Below, piece after piece: positions 1-11,813 of a stretch of DNA of 35,493 nt. Made by a program: the position numbers and the translations under genes. Under the pieces are notes generated by a model. It saw only the letters and a program-made list of their open reading frames with translations. It was not told where the DNA came from and did not search any database. Origin of the DNA: Sphingomonas sp. (lineage in GTDB: Bacteria > Pseudomonadota > Alphaproteobacteria > Sphingomonadales > Sphingomonadaceae); assembly GCA_035538975.1 (NCBI GenBank), contig DATLJJ010000467.1, positions 1 through 35,493 on the forward strand, written 5' to 3'. Position 1 is the stretch's first letter. Each line of letters starts with the position of its first letter.

Positions 1-556
1 CCGTCGTCTCCGGCTGGCTGAACGCCTGCGTCACGAAGATGCCGAAGATGTTCTCGGTTTCGAAATTGGTCGCATTGAGCGGATCGACGTCGGCGCGGAC
101 GTCGCCACCGAGCATCGCCGAGAGCGCCTTCTTGTCGGAAAGCCGCGCGATCGCGTCGAGGTCGCCGCTCAACGGTGCCAGCCCGCGCGCCTCGATCCCC
201 GCAGTGTCGGTGAAGGCGCGGTACCAGTCGGCGATGCGGCGCTGGTCGGTCCCTGCCGCGGCATTGGCCTCGAGCGCCACTTTCACGATCGCGGCGTTGT
301 TCGCCTCCGCCTTGTTGAACACCTCGAGGAACACGCCGGTGCTCGACCGGTCCGCCGGAATCTCGGTGCGCGCGCGCCAGCCGCCGTTCGCATATTCGTC
401 GAAATCGTCGCCCGGGCGGACCTGCTTGTTCAGGCCGGCGAGGTCGATGCCGATGGTGGGCGCCTCGACCTGTGCGGCCTGGTTGTTGGCGTCGCCCCCC
501 GCAGTGCATGCGGTGGTGGCGAGGAGTGCGGCCAGCAGGATTGCACGACTGTTCAC
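1..556 (-). CDS. M13 family (PepO/neprilysin-like) metallopeptidase, N-terminal part, truncated by the window edge; probable lipoprotein
   Basis: Not in the ORF track. Manual minus-strand translation from GTG at 556 (RBS GGAGAG upstream) gives MNSRAILLAALLATTAC...GIDLAGLNKQVRPGDDFDEYANGGWRARTEIPADRS, the typical M13 N-terminal motif (P.DDF..YANG.W). Confidence 0.85.
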   Translation of the reverse strand, partial: MNSRAILLAALLATTACTAGGDANNQAAQVEAPTIGIDLAGLNKQVRPGDDFDEYANGGWRARTEIPADRSSTGVFLEVFNKAEANNAAIVKVALEANAAAGTDQRRIADWYRAFTDTAGIEARGLAPLSGDLDAIARLSDKKALSAMLGGDVRADVDPLNATNFETENIFGIFVTQAFSQPETT

Positions 557-680
557 GTAGCTACTCTCCGAAATCCTTCTGGCACCGCTGCTACTCCGCC
601 GCGCCGCGCCGCGCCAGTGCCTTCCCAAGCGATCCGTCCCGGTGTAAGCACGGCCAAAATAGGTCAGGAAGGATGCCCTA

Positions 681-2282
681 ATGAGCGCTCCCGTGCTCGA
701 CACCAGGGTGATGCGCGAGAGCGAGGCGTTCCGCGCCAACGACGCGCACAATCGTGCGCTGGTCGAGCGGCTGCGCGCCGACGTCGCCCGCGCCGCACTC
801 GGCGGCAGCGCGGCGGCGCGCGAGCGCCACACCAGCCGCGGCAAGCTGCTGCCGCGCGACCGGGTCGAGCGGCTGCTCGATCCGGGCTCACCCTTCCTCG
901 AGATCGGCCAGCTCGCCGCCTGCGACATGTACGAAGGCGAGGTTCCCGGCGCGGGCATGATCGCGGGCGTCGGTCGCGTCTCGGGCCGCACCGTCATGAT
1001 CGTGTGCAACGACGCCACGGTGAAGGGCGGCACCTATTATCCGATGACGGTGAAGAAGCATCTCCGCGCACAGGAGATCGCCGAGCAGAACCGCCTGCCC
1101 TGCATCTATCTTGTCGATTCGGGCGGCGCCAACCTGCCCCACCAGGCCGAGGTCTTTCCCGACCGCGACCATTTCGGCCGCATCTTCTTCAATCAGGCGA
1201 ACATGTCCGCGCTCGGCATCCCGCAGATCGCCTGCGTGATGGGAAGCTGCACTGCAGGCGGCGCCTATGTGCCCGCGATGAGCGACGAGAGCGTGATCGT
1301 TCGCAACCAGGGCACGATCTTCCTCGCCGGTCCGCCGCTGGTGAAGGCCGCGACGGGCGAAGTCATCTCGGCCGAGGATCTGGGCGGCGGCGATCTCCAC
1401 GGCCGCAAGTCCGGCGTGGTCGATCACGTCGCGGAGAATGACGAGCATGCGCTGACGATCGTGCGCGACATCGTCAGCCATCTCCCCGCCGACCGCACGC
1501 CCGACGTGGCGCTGCTCACGCCCCGTCCGCCGCGCCACGCCACCGAGGAGCTCTACGGCATCATCCCGCAGGACGTGCGCGCGCCCTATGACGTACACGA
1601 AGTGATCGCGCGGATCGTCGACGGCAGCGAGTTTCACGAATTCAAGGCGCTCTACGGCAGCTCGCTGGTCTGCGGCTTCGCGCATATCTGGGGCATGCCG
1701 GTGGGCATCATCGCCAACAACGGCGTGCTGTTCAGCGAGAGCGCCGTGAAAGGCGCGCATTTCATCGAGCTCGCCTGCCAGCGGCGCATTCCCCTGCTCT
1801 TCCTCCAGAACATCTCCGGCTTCATGGTCGGTGGAAAGTATGAGGCGGAAGGCATTGCGAAACATGGCGCCAAGCTGGTGACCGCCGTCGCCACCGCCAC
1901 CGTGCCCAAGATCACCATGCTGATCGGCGGCAGCTTCGGCGCGGGCAATTATGGCATGTGCGGCCGCGCCTATGGGCCGCGCTTCCTCTTCACCTGGCCC
2001 AATAGCCGGATCAGCGTGATGGGCGGCGAGCAGGCGGCATCGGTGCTCGCCACCGTCCATCGCGACGCTGACAAGTGGAGCGAGGCGGAGGCCGAAGCCT
2101 TCAAGGCACCGATCCGGCAACGCTATGAGGACGAGGGCAACCCGTGGCACGCCACTGCGCGGCTGTGGGACGACGGCATCGTCGATCCCGCGCAGACGCG
2201 CGACGTCCTCGGCCTCGCGCTCGCCGCCAGCCTCAACGCGCCGATCCCGGAGCGGCCCGCCTTCGGCGTCTTCAGGATGTGA
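681..2282 (+). CDS. Acyl-CoA carboxylase carboxyltransferase subunit (3-methylcrotonyl-CoA carboxylase beta-like)
   Basis: 533 aa; motifs [47 protein letters not shown]; C-terminus FGVFRM. Confidence 0.93.
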   Translation: MSAPVLDTRVMRESEAFRANDAHNRALVERLRADVARAALGGSAAARERHTSRGKLLPRDRVERLLDPGSPFLEIGQLAACDMYEGEVPGAGMIAGVGRVSGRTVMIVCNDATVKGGTYYPMTVKKHLRAQEIAEQNRLPCIYLVDSGGANLPHQAEVFPDRDHFGRIFFNQANMSALGIPQIACVMGSCTAGGAYVPAMSDESVIVRNQGTIFLAGPPLVKAATGEVISAEDLGGGDLHGRKSGVVDHVAENDEHALTIVRDIVSHLPADRTPDVALLTPRPPRHATEELYGIIPQDVRAPYDVHEVIARIVDGSEFHEFKALYGSSLVCGFAHIWGMPVGIIANNGVLFSESAVKGAHFIELACQRRIPLLFLQNISGFMVGGKYEAEGIAKHGAKLVTAVATATVPKITMLIGGSFGAGNYGMCGRAYGPRFLFTWPNSRISVMGGEQAASVLATVHRDADKWSEAEAEAFKAPIRQRYEDEGNPWHATARLWDDGIVDPAQTRDVLGLALAASLNAPIPERPAFGVFRM

Positions 2283-2441
2283 CGGCGGGGCACTGCCCGA
2301 AGCTATCGGTGGCCTCGAGCAGCATCGGCCGCACCTGATCGGGCGAAGCCGTGGCGCGTTGCCGGCATTGGTCGGTTCCCAACCGGAACGATCCGTCCCG
2401 ATCCGGCTTTTGCATCGGCAAGGGAAGGAACTGGAGGGACC

Positions 2442-3896
2442 ATGAGGCTTCGGAAAGCTTTTCTCCTATGCGCCGTGCCCGCCGCGTTGCTCTGCGGCGC
2501 GAGCAGCCCGCCGCAGAGCCGCGGTCAGGTCGCGCCGATATCGGCCACCGAGCGGAGCCAGGGGCAGCAGGCCAGCGCTTCGCTGATCGCCGAGTTCGGC
2601 GGCCCCTATGCGGGACGGCAGGCAGGCTATGTCGCCAATGTCGCGCGCCGCGTGGCGGTCCAGTCGGGGCTTTCGTCCAATCCTTCGGACTTCACCGTGA
2701 CGCTGCTCGACAGCCCGGTCGACAATGCCTTCGCGACGCCCGGCGGCTATGTCTATGTCACGCGCGGCCTGCTCGCGCTGATGAACGACGAATCGGAGCT
2801 CGCGGCGGTGCTCGGGCACGAAGTCGCGCACGTTGCCGCGCGCCACAGCCAGAGCCGGCAGAAGGCGGCGCAGCGCAATTCGATCCTGAGCGTGCTGGGC
2901 CAGGTGCTGGTGGGCGCGGTCGCCGGCGATTCGGGGTTCGGCCAGCTACTCGGCCAGGGCATCAACACCGGCGCGCAGCTCGCGACGCTCGGCTATTCGC
3001 GCGGGCAGGAGACCCAGTCGGACGACCTCGCCGTCACGTATCTGCGCGGCGCGGGCTATGACACCGACGGGCTCGCGACGATGCTCGGCAGCCTCGCGGC
3101 CCAGAACCGGCTCGACCAGCAGATCGCCGGCGACGCGCGTTCGGTCCCCGAATGGGCGAGCACGCACCCCGATCCCGCATCGCGCGTCCGCCGCGCGACG
3201 CAGCGGGCCCAGTCGGCTGGTGGCACCACCCTGCCGCGCAACCGCGACGCGTTCCTCACAGCAATCGACGGCATGCTCTACGGCGACAACCCGCGGCAGG
3301 GCATGATCGTGGGGCGCGACTTCCTGCATCCCGAGCTCAAGCTCGCCTTCACGATTCCGCAGGGCTTCAAGATGACCAACGGCACCCGCGCCGTGACCAT
3401 CACAGGGCCCAACACCCAGGCGCAATTCTCGAGCGCGACCTATGCGGGCAATCTCAGGAGCCATGTCGACGGCATCTTCCGGGCGCTCGTCGGCCAAGGC
3501 GTGGGCGACGTGCGCACCACGACCATCAATGGTGTGCCCACCGGCTATGCCCAGGCCCGCGCCAATAGCGGCAATTCGCAGGTGGACGTGACCGTCTTCG
3601 CCTATGCGATGGGCGGCAACGCCTATCACTTCATCGTTCTGACGCCCGCCGGACGCGGGCTCGGCGCGGCGACGTCGCTCGTCGAATCCTTCCGCCCGCT
3701 GAGCAACGCCGAGGCAGCGCGTGCGCGCCCGCGCTATCTGCGCGTGGTCACGGTGAAGGCCGGAGATACCGTCGCCTCGCTCGCACGCCGCATGGCGGTG
3801 GAGCAAGCGCAGGTCGAGCGCTTTCGTGTGCTCAACAACCTGACCGCCAACGCAGTGCTGCGGCCGGGGGACAAGGTGAAGATCGTGACCTATTGA
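2442..3896 (+). CDS. M48 family metalloprotease with C-terminal LysM-like domain
   Basis: Signal peptide; NAFATPGG, HEVAH zinc motif, STHP; C-terminal VKAGDTVASLA...LRPGDKVKI; RBS GGAGGG. Confidence 0.9.
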   Translation: MRLRKAFLLCAVPAALLCGASSPPQSRGQVAPISATERSQGQQASASLIAEFGGPYAGRQAGYVANVARRVAVQSGLSSNPSDFTVTLLDSPVDNAFATPGGYVYVTRGLLALMNDESELAAVLGHEVAHVAARHSQSRQKAAQRNSILSVLGQVLVGAVAGDSGFGQLLGQGINTGAQLATLGYSRGQETQSDDLAVTYLRGAGYDTDGLATMLGSLAAQNRLDQQIAGDARSVPEWASTHPDPASRVRRATQRAQSAGGTTLPRNRDAFLTAIDGMLYGDNPRQGMIVGRDFLHPELKLAFTIPQGFKMTNGTRAVTITGPNTQAQFSSATYAGNLRSHVDGIFRALVGQGVGDVRTTTINGVPTGYAQARANSGNSQVDVTVFAYAMGGNAYHFIVLTPAGRGLGAATSLVESFRPLSNAEAARARPRYLRVVTVKAGDTVASLARRMAVEQAQVERFRVLNNLTANAVLRPGDKVKIVTY

Positions 3897-4366
3897 GCCG
3901 TCGGCCAGGGCACCGGCGGAGCAAAGGCCTTGCGCTGGGTCACGACGGGCACGCCGCGCGCGTCGGTCTCGTGCCCCGTGATGTGGAAGCCGTGGCGAAG
4001 GTTCAGCACGATCATCGCGTTGTTCGTCGCCCGCGTACGGGTCTCGACGAAACGATAGCCGTCCGCCGCCGCCTGCGCATGCTGGAGGCGCATCAGCTCC
4101 GACGCGACGCCACGGCCGCGCATCTCCGGCGCCACGCCGCCGAGCCAGCTGTAGAAGATGTCGGCGCCGCGGCGATAGCCGAGCTTGAAGCCCTTCCACG
4201 CGTCCTGATCGTCGATCGCGAGCCACAAGGCCGGATCGGCGAGGTGCGGCAGGCGACCGAGCAGATAGTCGTCGGAGAACTCCCCGAAGATCGACCGGCA
4301 GAGCGCCAGCAGCGGTTCGGCGGCCTCGGCCATCGAACCCTGCCAGCGCTCGTACGCGATCGTCAT
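3890..4366 (-). CDS. GNAT family N-acetyltransferase
   Basis: Acetyl-CoA motif GVAPEMRGRGVA and N..M..LN...GF motif. Confidence 0.85.
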   Translation of the reverse strand: MTIAYERWQGSMAEAAEPLLALCRSIFGEFSDDYLLGRLPHLADPALWLAIDDQDAWKGFKLGYRRGADIFYSWLGGVAPEMRGRGVASELMRLQHAQAAADGYRFVETRTRATNNAMIVLNLRHGFHITGHETDARGVPVVTQRKAFAPPVPWPTAQ

Positions 4367-4382
4367 CGTCGCGCCCGGTGCC

Positions 4383-6062
<1,680 letters not shown>

Positions 6063-6213
6063 TTAGCGGTCTCCATTTTCGGAATTCTGGATGCAGGAAG
6101 TTGGCCGCGCATGTAGCGATGGCCATGCCGATTGGCAACGCGGGCCGCTGAAACGAAATGGAAACGCGACCGACGATTGGCAAATGTTTCGGGGCTGGCT
6201 AGCAATCCGCGCC

Positions 6214-7587
6214 ATGACCAAGCGCATCCTGCTCGCGGCCGCCGCCGCGCTCACCCTTCCCCTCCCCGCCCTTGCCCAGCATGACGTTGCCGCGCTGCGC
6301 GATGCGGCGCTCAAGGACGATCTCGCCTGGGAGATCACCGAAGGGCTGACCACCGAGATCGGCCAGCGCCTCGCCGCGACCGAGGCCGAGGCGCGGGCGC
6401 GCGACTGGGCGGTGAAGAAGCTGACCGCGCTCGGCTTCCAGAACGTCCACGTCGAAACCTACAAGATGCCGGTCTGGGTGCGCGGCGAGGAGAAGGCCGA
6501 AGTCCTCGGCGCCTCGGCGCAGAAGCTGGCGATCGCCGCGCTCGGCAACTCGGGCTCGACCGGCGCGAAGGGCGTCGAGGCCGAAGTGGTCTATTTCCCC
6601 ACGCTCGCCGATCTCCAGGCTGCGCCTGCGGGTAGCCTTGCCGGCAAGATCGCCTTCATCAGCCATGCGATGACGCCGACGCAGGACGGGTCGCAATACG
6701 GCTATTACGGCGGCGTGCGGCGCATGGGCCCGGCGCTGGCTGCGAGCAAGGGCGCGGCCGCGGTGCTGATCCGTTCGATCGGCACCGATCATCACCGCAA
6801 CCCGCACACCGGTGTCACCAGCTGGCCTGAGGGCACCAAACCGATCGCCGCTGCAGCACTCTCGGTTCCCGACGCAGAGCAGCTCGAGCGGCTGCTCAAG
6901 CGCGGGCCGGTGCGGCTCAAGCTGCTGGTCACGCCGCAGTTCAAGGGTGAGGCGGAATCGGGCAACGTCATCGCCGACGTGCCGGGCACCGATCCCGATG
7001 CCGGCATCATCGTGATCGGCGGCCACCTCGACAGCTGGGATCTGGGCACCGGCGCGATCGACGACGCCTCCGGCCTCGGCATCACCACTGCCGCCGCGAA
7101 GCGGATCATGGATGCGGGCCGTCCGCGCCGCACCATCCGCGTGGTCTGGTTCGGTGCCGAGGAAGTCGGCGGATTCGGTGGCGAGGCCTATGCCAGGGCG
7201 CACGCCGGCGAACGGCACGTGCTGGCGATGGAGTCGGATTTCGGCGCCGATCGCGTGTGGAAGTTCGAGACAAACCTGCCCGACAGCGCCAGGCCGATCG
7301 CGGATCGCGTCGCGACCGCGCTCGCTCCGCTCGGCATCTCGCGCGGCCGTGGCGTCGCCGGCGGCGGCACCGACATTGCCCCCGTGCTGCGCACCGGCGT
7401 GGGCGGGATCGACCTCGACCAGTCGGGCCTGCGCTATTTCGACTATCACCACACCCCCGACGACACGCTCGACAAGGTCGACCCGGAGCAATTGCGGCAG
7501 AATGTGGCAGCGTGGACCGCGATGCTGGCCGTCGCCGCTAACGCGCCCGAGGATATCGGTCCGGTACCGGCCCCCGCAGGGCACTGA
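6214..7587 (+). CDS. M28 family secreted peptidase (carboxypeptidase Q-like) with PA domain
   Basis: Start reassigned to ATG 6214 (MTKRILLAAAAAL signal peptide); motifs GGHLDSWDLGTGAIDDASG, GAEEVG, YHHTPDDT. Confidence 0.9.
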   Translation: MTKRILLAAAAALTLPLPALAQHDVAALRDAALKDDLAWEITEGLTTEIGQRLAATEAEARARDWAVKKLTALGFQNVHVETYKMPVWVRGEEKAEVLGASAQKLAIAALGNSGSTGAKGVEAEVVYFPTLADLQAAPAGSLAGKIAFISHAMTPTQDGSQYGYYGGVRRMGPALAASKGAAAVLIRSIGTDHHRNPHTGVTSWPEGTKPIAAAALSVPDAEQLERLLKRGPVRLKLLVTPQFKGEAESGNVIADVPGTDPDAGIIVIGGHLDSWDLGTGAIDDASGLGITTAAAKRIMDAGRPRRTIRVVWFGAEEVGGFGGEAYARAHAGERHVLAMESDFGADRVWKFETNLPDSARPIADRVATALAPLGISRGRGVAGGGTDIAPVLRTGVGGIDLDQSGLRYFDYHHTPDDTLDKVDPEQLRQNVAAWTAMLAVAANAPEDIGPVPAPAGH

Positions 7588-7606
7588 CGCTACGGGAACG
7601 TAGCGT
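7587..7606 (+). terminator. Hairpin directly after peptidase stop
   Basis: ACGCTACG-GGAA-CGTAGCGT, 8-bp stem with GNRA loop; no U-tract, so function is uncertain. Confidence 0.4.
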
Positions 7607-7769
7607 AAACCGGCCCCGAGGGGGCGCAATTGTGGCAGAAAAGCGGCGGAATTTTTGCATCTCGTCGCATTTTGGATTGACGCAGGCGCAACGACCGTTA
7701 TGTCAGCGACTTCGCGTCGGCTCGGTCCGGGTGCGAAACGTGTTTAATGTTCCAATGGGAGCAAACCGA

Positions 7770-8003
7770 ATGAAGAAGATCCTCATTGTTGCGGCGACCG
7801 CCGGCCTGATGTCGCTCGCGGCTTGCGGTGGCGAGACCACCAACACCGTCGCCGAGAACGTGGCCGAGTCGCACGAAGCGAACGCCGCGATCTACGAAGA
7901 GGCCGCTGACAACGCGACCAACGCGGTTGCCGAGAACGTCCTCGAGAACGCTGCGGACGTCGAAGAGAACGCCGCTGACGCCGCCGAGGCGAACGCGAAC
8001 TGA
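7770..8003 (+). CDS. Small low-complexity (Asn/Ala/Glu-rich) lipoprotein
   Basis: ATG 7770 with RBS GGGAG; MKKILIVAATAGLMSLAAC lipobox; repeated ENAA/NVAE units. Confidence 0.8.
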   Translation: MKKILIVAATAGLMSLAACGGETTNTVAENVAESHEANAAIYEEAADNATNAVAENVLENAADVEENAADAAEANAN

Positions 8004-8041
8004 TCCTTTTTCCGGCTTCGCGGCCGGAACCGAGAGATCGG

Positions 8042-8072
8042 AAAGGGCGCTCCGCAAGGGGCGCCCTTTTTC
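8042..8072 (+). terminator. Rho-independent terminator
   Basis: AAAGGGCGCTCC-GCAA-GGGGCGCCCTTT followed by a T-run. Confidence 0.85.
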
Positions 8073-8129
8073 ATTGGGCTTTGCCGCGCGTCTCTCCCGC
8101 TCCTATGACCGCTGACAAAGGGAGAACGA

Positions 8130-9479
8130 ATGGCGACGGGCACGACGATAGCTGAACCGCGGCCGACGCCCCGCCGCCCGGCGCTGCCGCGGATGCTGGC
8201 GAGCCTCTACGTGCAGGTGCTGATCGCGATCGCGGCGGGCGTCGCAGTGGGCGCCTTCTGGCCCGCGACCGGCGCCGCGCTCCAGCCGCTCGGCGACGCC
8301 TTTATCGCGCTGGTGAAGATGGTGATCGCCCCGGTGATCTTCCTCACCGTCGTTACGGGCATCGCCGGCGGACACGGGCTCGGCTCGGTCGGTCGGGTAG
8401 CGGTCAAGGCGCTCGCCTATTTCCTCTTCTTCTCGACTCTCGCGCTCATCGTCGGGCTCCTCGTCGCCCACCTCGTCCAGCCCGGCGCCGGAATGAACGT
8501 CGATCCGGCCACGCTCGATGCCTCGAGGGTACGCAGCTATGGCGAAAAGGCGCACGAGACGAGCGTGACGGGCTTCCTGATCGCGATCATCCCGACCACG
8601 CTGCTCTCCGCCTTCACCAGCGGATCGATCCTGCAGGTGCTGTTCGTCGCGGTGCTCTTCGGCGTCGGCCTGGTTCTGGTCGGCGAGCCCGCACGGCCCG
8701 TGACCGACATGCTCGAGCGGATCGCGCTGGTCGTGTTCCGCATCGTCGCGATCGTGATGCGCGCCGCACCGATCGGGGCGTTCGGGGCGATGGCGTTCAC
8801 GATCGGCAAATATGGCCTCGGCACGCTGCTCAACCTCGGCGCGCTGGTCGCGACCTTCTACCTGACCTCGCTCCTCTTCGTGCTCGTCGTGCTCGGCGCG
8901 GTCGCCGCGCTTAATGGCTTCTCGATCCTCAGGCTCATCCGCTACCTCAAGGCCGAGCTGCTGCTGGTGCTCGGCACCTCCTCGTCGGAAGCCGCGCTGC
9001 CCGCGCTGATCGAGAAGATGGAGCGCGCCGGCTGCCGCAAGGAAGTGGTCGGGCTGGTGGTGCCCACCGGCTATTCGTTCAATCTCGACGGCACCAACAT
9101 CTACATGACGCTCGCGGCGCTGTTCATCGCCCAGGCGACCGGGGTGGAGCTGACGCTCGGCGAGCAGCTCGGGCTACTTGCGGTAGCGATGGTGAGCTCC
9201 AAGGGCGCGGCAGGCGTGACGGGCGCCGGCTTCATCACGCTGGCCGCGACGCTGGCGATCGTCCCCAAGGTGCCGCTCGCCGGCATGGCGCTGATCCTCG
9301 GCATCGACCGCTTCATGAGCGAGTGCCGCAGCCTCACCAACTTCGTGGGCAACGCCGTGGCGACGGTGGTGGTGGCACGCTGGGAAGGCGCGCTGGACCG
9401 GGAGGCGCTGGAACGCGCACTCGCGGGCACCCCGGACGAAGCGCCGGCGCGACCGCCGGTCGAGATGGATCCCGATTGA
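8130..9479 (+). CDS. dctA: Dicarboxylate/amino acid:cation symporter (DAACS), C4-dicarboxylate transporter
   Basis: Motifs [52 protein letters not shown]. Confidence 0.9.
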   Translation: MATGTTIAEPRPTPRRPALPRMLASLYVQVLIAIAAGVAVGAFWPATGAALQPLGDAFIALVKMVIAPVIFLTVVTGIAGGHGLGSVGRVAVKALAYFLFFSTLALIVGLLVAHLVQPGAGMNVDPATLDASRVRSYGEKAHETSVTGFLIAIIPTTLLSAFTSGSILQVLFVAVLFGVGLVLVGEPARPVTDMLERIALVVFRIVAIVMRAAPIGAFGAMAFTIGKYGLGTLLNLGALVATFYLTSLLFVLVVLGAVAALNGFSILRLIRYLKAELLLVLGTSSSEAALPALIEKMERAGCRKEVVGLVVPTGYSFNLDGTNIYMTLAALFIAQATGVELTLGEQLGLLAVAMVSSKGAAGVTGAGFITLAATLAIVPKVPLAGMALILGIDRFMSECRSLTNFVGNAVATVVVARWEGALDREALERALAGTPDEAPARPPVEMDPD

Positions 9480-9521
<42 letters not shown>

Positions 9522-9582
9522 TCATCCGCAAAGGCGCAGAAACCGGGTATTTCTCGGTTTTCCTAGCATTTCCTCTCGTTCT

Positions 9583-9616
9583 GTGTCAGGGAAAGTGTCA
9601 CGGTAAGTGTCACAGT
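9583..9616 (+). repeat. 34-bp direct repeat, copy 1 (three GTGTCA units, 12-bp period); putative integrase arm-type sites
   Basis: GTGTCAGGGAAAGTGTCACGGTAAGTGTCACAGT, identical to 24293-24326. Confidence 0.9.
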
Positions 9617-9627
9617 AGAGGGATTGC

Positions 9628-11415
9628 ATGGCGCGAGGCGACGGGTTCTCGATCATCAAGCGGAAGCGCGGCGGGCGCGAGTTAGGGCATTGGCAGGTGC
9701 GGGTGCAGGTTCCCGCCGAATGGCAGCAAGCGGTTGGCAAGCCGGAGGTGTTGCGCTCGACCGGCACCGGCGATCGTCGCACCGCCGTCCAGCTCGCGCC
9801 GCAGATCGTGACGGCCCTCTACGCCGAATGGCAGAGCAAGGCGGGCACGGCCCCCTCCCCGGCGCTCACCGATCCCAAGGCGGTCGCGGTGCGCATCGGC
9901 TTCGACTCGACGTTCGCCGCGATGGAGGAACGTCGGAAGGCTTGGCCGGCGAACGATGCTGACTATGCGGCGAAGCTCGCAGAACGCGAGGCCGATCTCA
10001 GGCGCATGATGCGGTGGCTACAGGATGGCGACCTATCGCAATGGGAAGGCGTTGCCGATCGCGCCATAGCGAAGCGGGACCTTCCGATCGTCAAGGGCAG
10101 CGCGGAATATGAGGCGTTCGTTCAGGCTCTTGCGGAGGCGAGCATTGACGCCGTGGGCACCTTCAACCGCAAGCACGCCGGCGAGCTGGAGGCCGCGCCG
10201 CGCTCGGCGATCGTGCAGGAAGCCAAGGCGAAGGAAGCCACGAAGGCGAAGGCCGGCGAGACGCTGATTGAACTATTCGAGGCATGGGGTGCCGAAATGC
10301 TCGCCAAGGGCGAGAAGGACGGCAAGCGCGGCAAGCGCCCCGATACGGTCAATCAGGATCGCAAGGTAATCCAGCAATTTGCCGCGTTCGTCGGCCGCGA
10401 TCGCGCCGTTGACTCGATCACGCCCCTTGAGGTTGCCGAGTATCGCGATACGCTCCGTAAGCTCCCACCGAAATGGATGAGCAAGCGCGAGCTGCGCGAT
10501 CTCGACATGCGCACGGCGGCTGCGAAGGCACGCGCGGAGGGTATGACGCACACCGCCTACACGACGATCAACAAGCACCTATCGACCATCTCGCCGCTAT
10601 ACACGTGGCTTCGCAAGCAGCCGCGTTGGGCGGGCCTCGGGAACCCCGTTGATGGCCTGTTCTATGATGACGTGAAAGGGACGAACCCGCGCCCGCCATT
10701 CACGACTGACGCGCTGAACAAAATACTCGGTTCCCCCTTGTTCACCGGGTTCAAGGCGGATGGAAGCGAGCATGTTCCCGGCGACGTGCAAGCCGATGAT
10801 TGGCGCCGATGGGCACCTCTCGCAGCAATGTTTACCGGCGCGCGCATTGGTGAGATCGCGCAGCTTCGGCTTGGTGACGTGCGCAAGCATCGCGGGGTGT
10901 GGTTCGTTCAAATCCGCCACGAAGCGAAGGAAGGGCTTTCGACCAAAAGCGGCGAGAGCCGCTTTGCCGCGGTGCATCCCTCGCTTGAGCGCATCGGTTT
11001 CCTTGCCTTCCACCAGCGCCGCCTAGAAGCGGGCGGGGGCGATCTCAACGCGCCGCTGTTCCCGGAGCTTTCGCCAAATGCGCGCGGTCAAATCAGCGGC
11101 ACGCCGTCGCGTTGGTGGCGCGATTATCTCGCCCGCATCGGCGTGAAAGACCCCGATGTCGAGGGCGGCGATGGCTTCGGAACGCACAGCTTTCGGCATA
11201 CGCTCGCGGATAGGTTTCGCGACGAAGCCGAGTTGCTGGACAATCAGATTGCCGTGGTCTTGGGGCACAGCACCAAGACACAAACTGGCAAGTATGGCGA
11301 GCTGCCTCAAGGCACCGTCACCATGCACAAGGCATGGATGAATGCGGTGCGCTTCGATGGCGTGAAATTCGATCATCTGATCGCCGACGAGGAAGCGCGG
11401 AAGCTGGCGGCGTAG
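9628..11415 (+). CDS. Tyrosine recombinase/integrase with N-terminal arm-binding (DUF6538-like) domain
   Basis: Catalytic set FTGARIGE (R), TKSG (K), HSFRH (HxxR), LGH, KYG (Y); N-terminal WQVRVQVP...RSTGTGDRRTA; RBS GAGGG; adjacent to att. Confidence 0.95.
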   Translation: MARGDGFSIIKRKRGGRELGHWQVRVQVPAEWQQAVGKPEVLRSTGTGDRRTAVQLAPQIVTALYAEWQSKAGTAPSPALTDPKAVAVRIGFDSTFAAMEERRKAWPANDADYAAKLAEREADLRRMMRWLQDGDLSQWEGVADRAIAKRDLPIVKGSAEYEAFVQALAEASIDAVGTFNRKHAGELEAAPRSAIVQEAKAKEATKAKAGETLIELFEAWGAEMLAKGEKDGKRGKRPDTVNQDRKVIQQFAAFVGRDRAVDSITPLEVAEYRDTLRKLPPKWMSKRELRDLDMRTAAAKARAEGMTHTAYTTINKHLSTISPLYTWLRKQPRWAGLGNPVDGLFYDDVKGTNPRPPFTTDALNKILGSPLFTGFKADGSEHVPGDVQADDWRRWAPLAAMFTGARIGEIAQLRLGDVRKHRGVWFVQIRHEAKEGLSTKSGESRFAAVHPSLERIGFLAFHQRRLEAGGGDLNAPLFPELSPNARGQISGTPSRWWRDYLARIGVKDPDVEGGDGFGTHSFRHTLADRFRDEAELLDNQIAVVLGHSTKTQTGKYGELPQGTVTMHKAWMNAVRFDGVKFDHLIADEEARKLAA

Positions 11416-11585
11416 CTCGCCGCCTCGGTATGTGCTTCGGGCACCGGGAGCGCTTTTGCGCTCGCCGAACCGTCGCGTGAGGATGAAAAATCAGGCACTC
11501 CGGAGCGTGTGAACCCGCATGAAATCTGATCGCGAATGAGCCAACCGGCTAACCCTCCGTGCGGGTTCAGCGAAAACGTTATCCC

Positions 11586-11716
11586 CTAAAGGGGCGCGCG
11601 CGTGCGTGAATATAATATATATATAAATACCTAGATTCCTGAGATTCAGATTCAAAAATTTCCCTGACAAGTGTTCTTCTTCGAAGAACGGACTGCGTCT
11701 CGATTTTTGTCAAAAA
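11586..11716. other. AT-rich, origin-like segment with three GANTC sites and palindromes
   Basis: GCGCGCGCGTGCGT then AATATAATATATATATAAATA; GATTC at 11634, 11643, 11649; palindrome TTCTTCGAAGAA 11677-11688; TTTTTG-T-CAAAAA 11704-11716. Confidence 0.45.
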
Positions 11717-11782
11717 ATGGGTTGGAGGATGGATCAGCCCGGAGCGCTCCCCACACCCCATGCGGCGTGTGCGAAGGTTTCC

Positions 11783-11813
11783 GTTTTGCGTTTGTTCGGA
11801 TTTGTGGTAGAAT
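11783..11813 (+). promoter_or_regulatory. Putative sigma70 promoter of the head operon, overlapped by a one-mismatch LexA-like box
   Basis: TTGCGT (11786-11791), 16 bp, TAGAAT (11808-11813) with extended TG; GTTT-N7-GTTC at 11783-11797. Confidence 0.5.

Noticed and set aside
39-560. Plus-strand 173-aa ORF
   Set aside because: Shadow of the minus-strand M13 peptidase, which the track missed because it runs off the window.
9583-9616. Possible CRISPR repeat
   Set aside because: Only two copies, 14.7 kb apart, with no spacers or cas genes.
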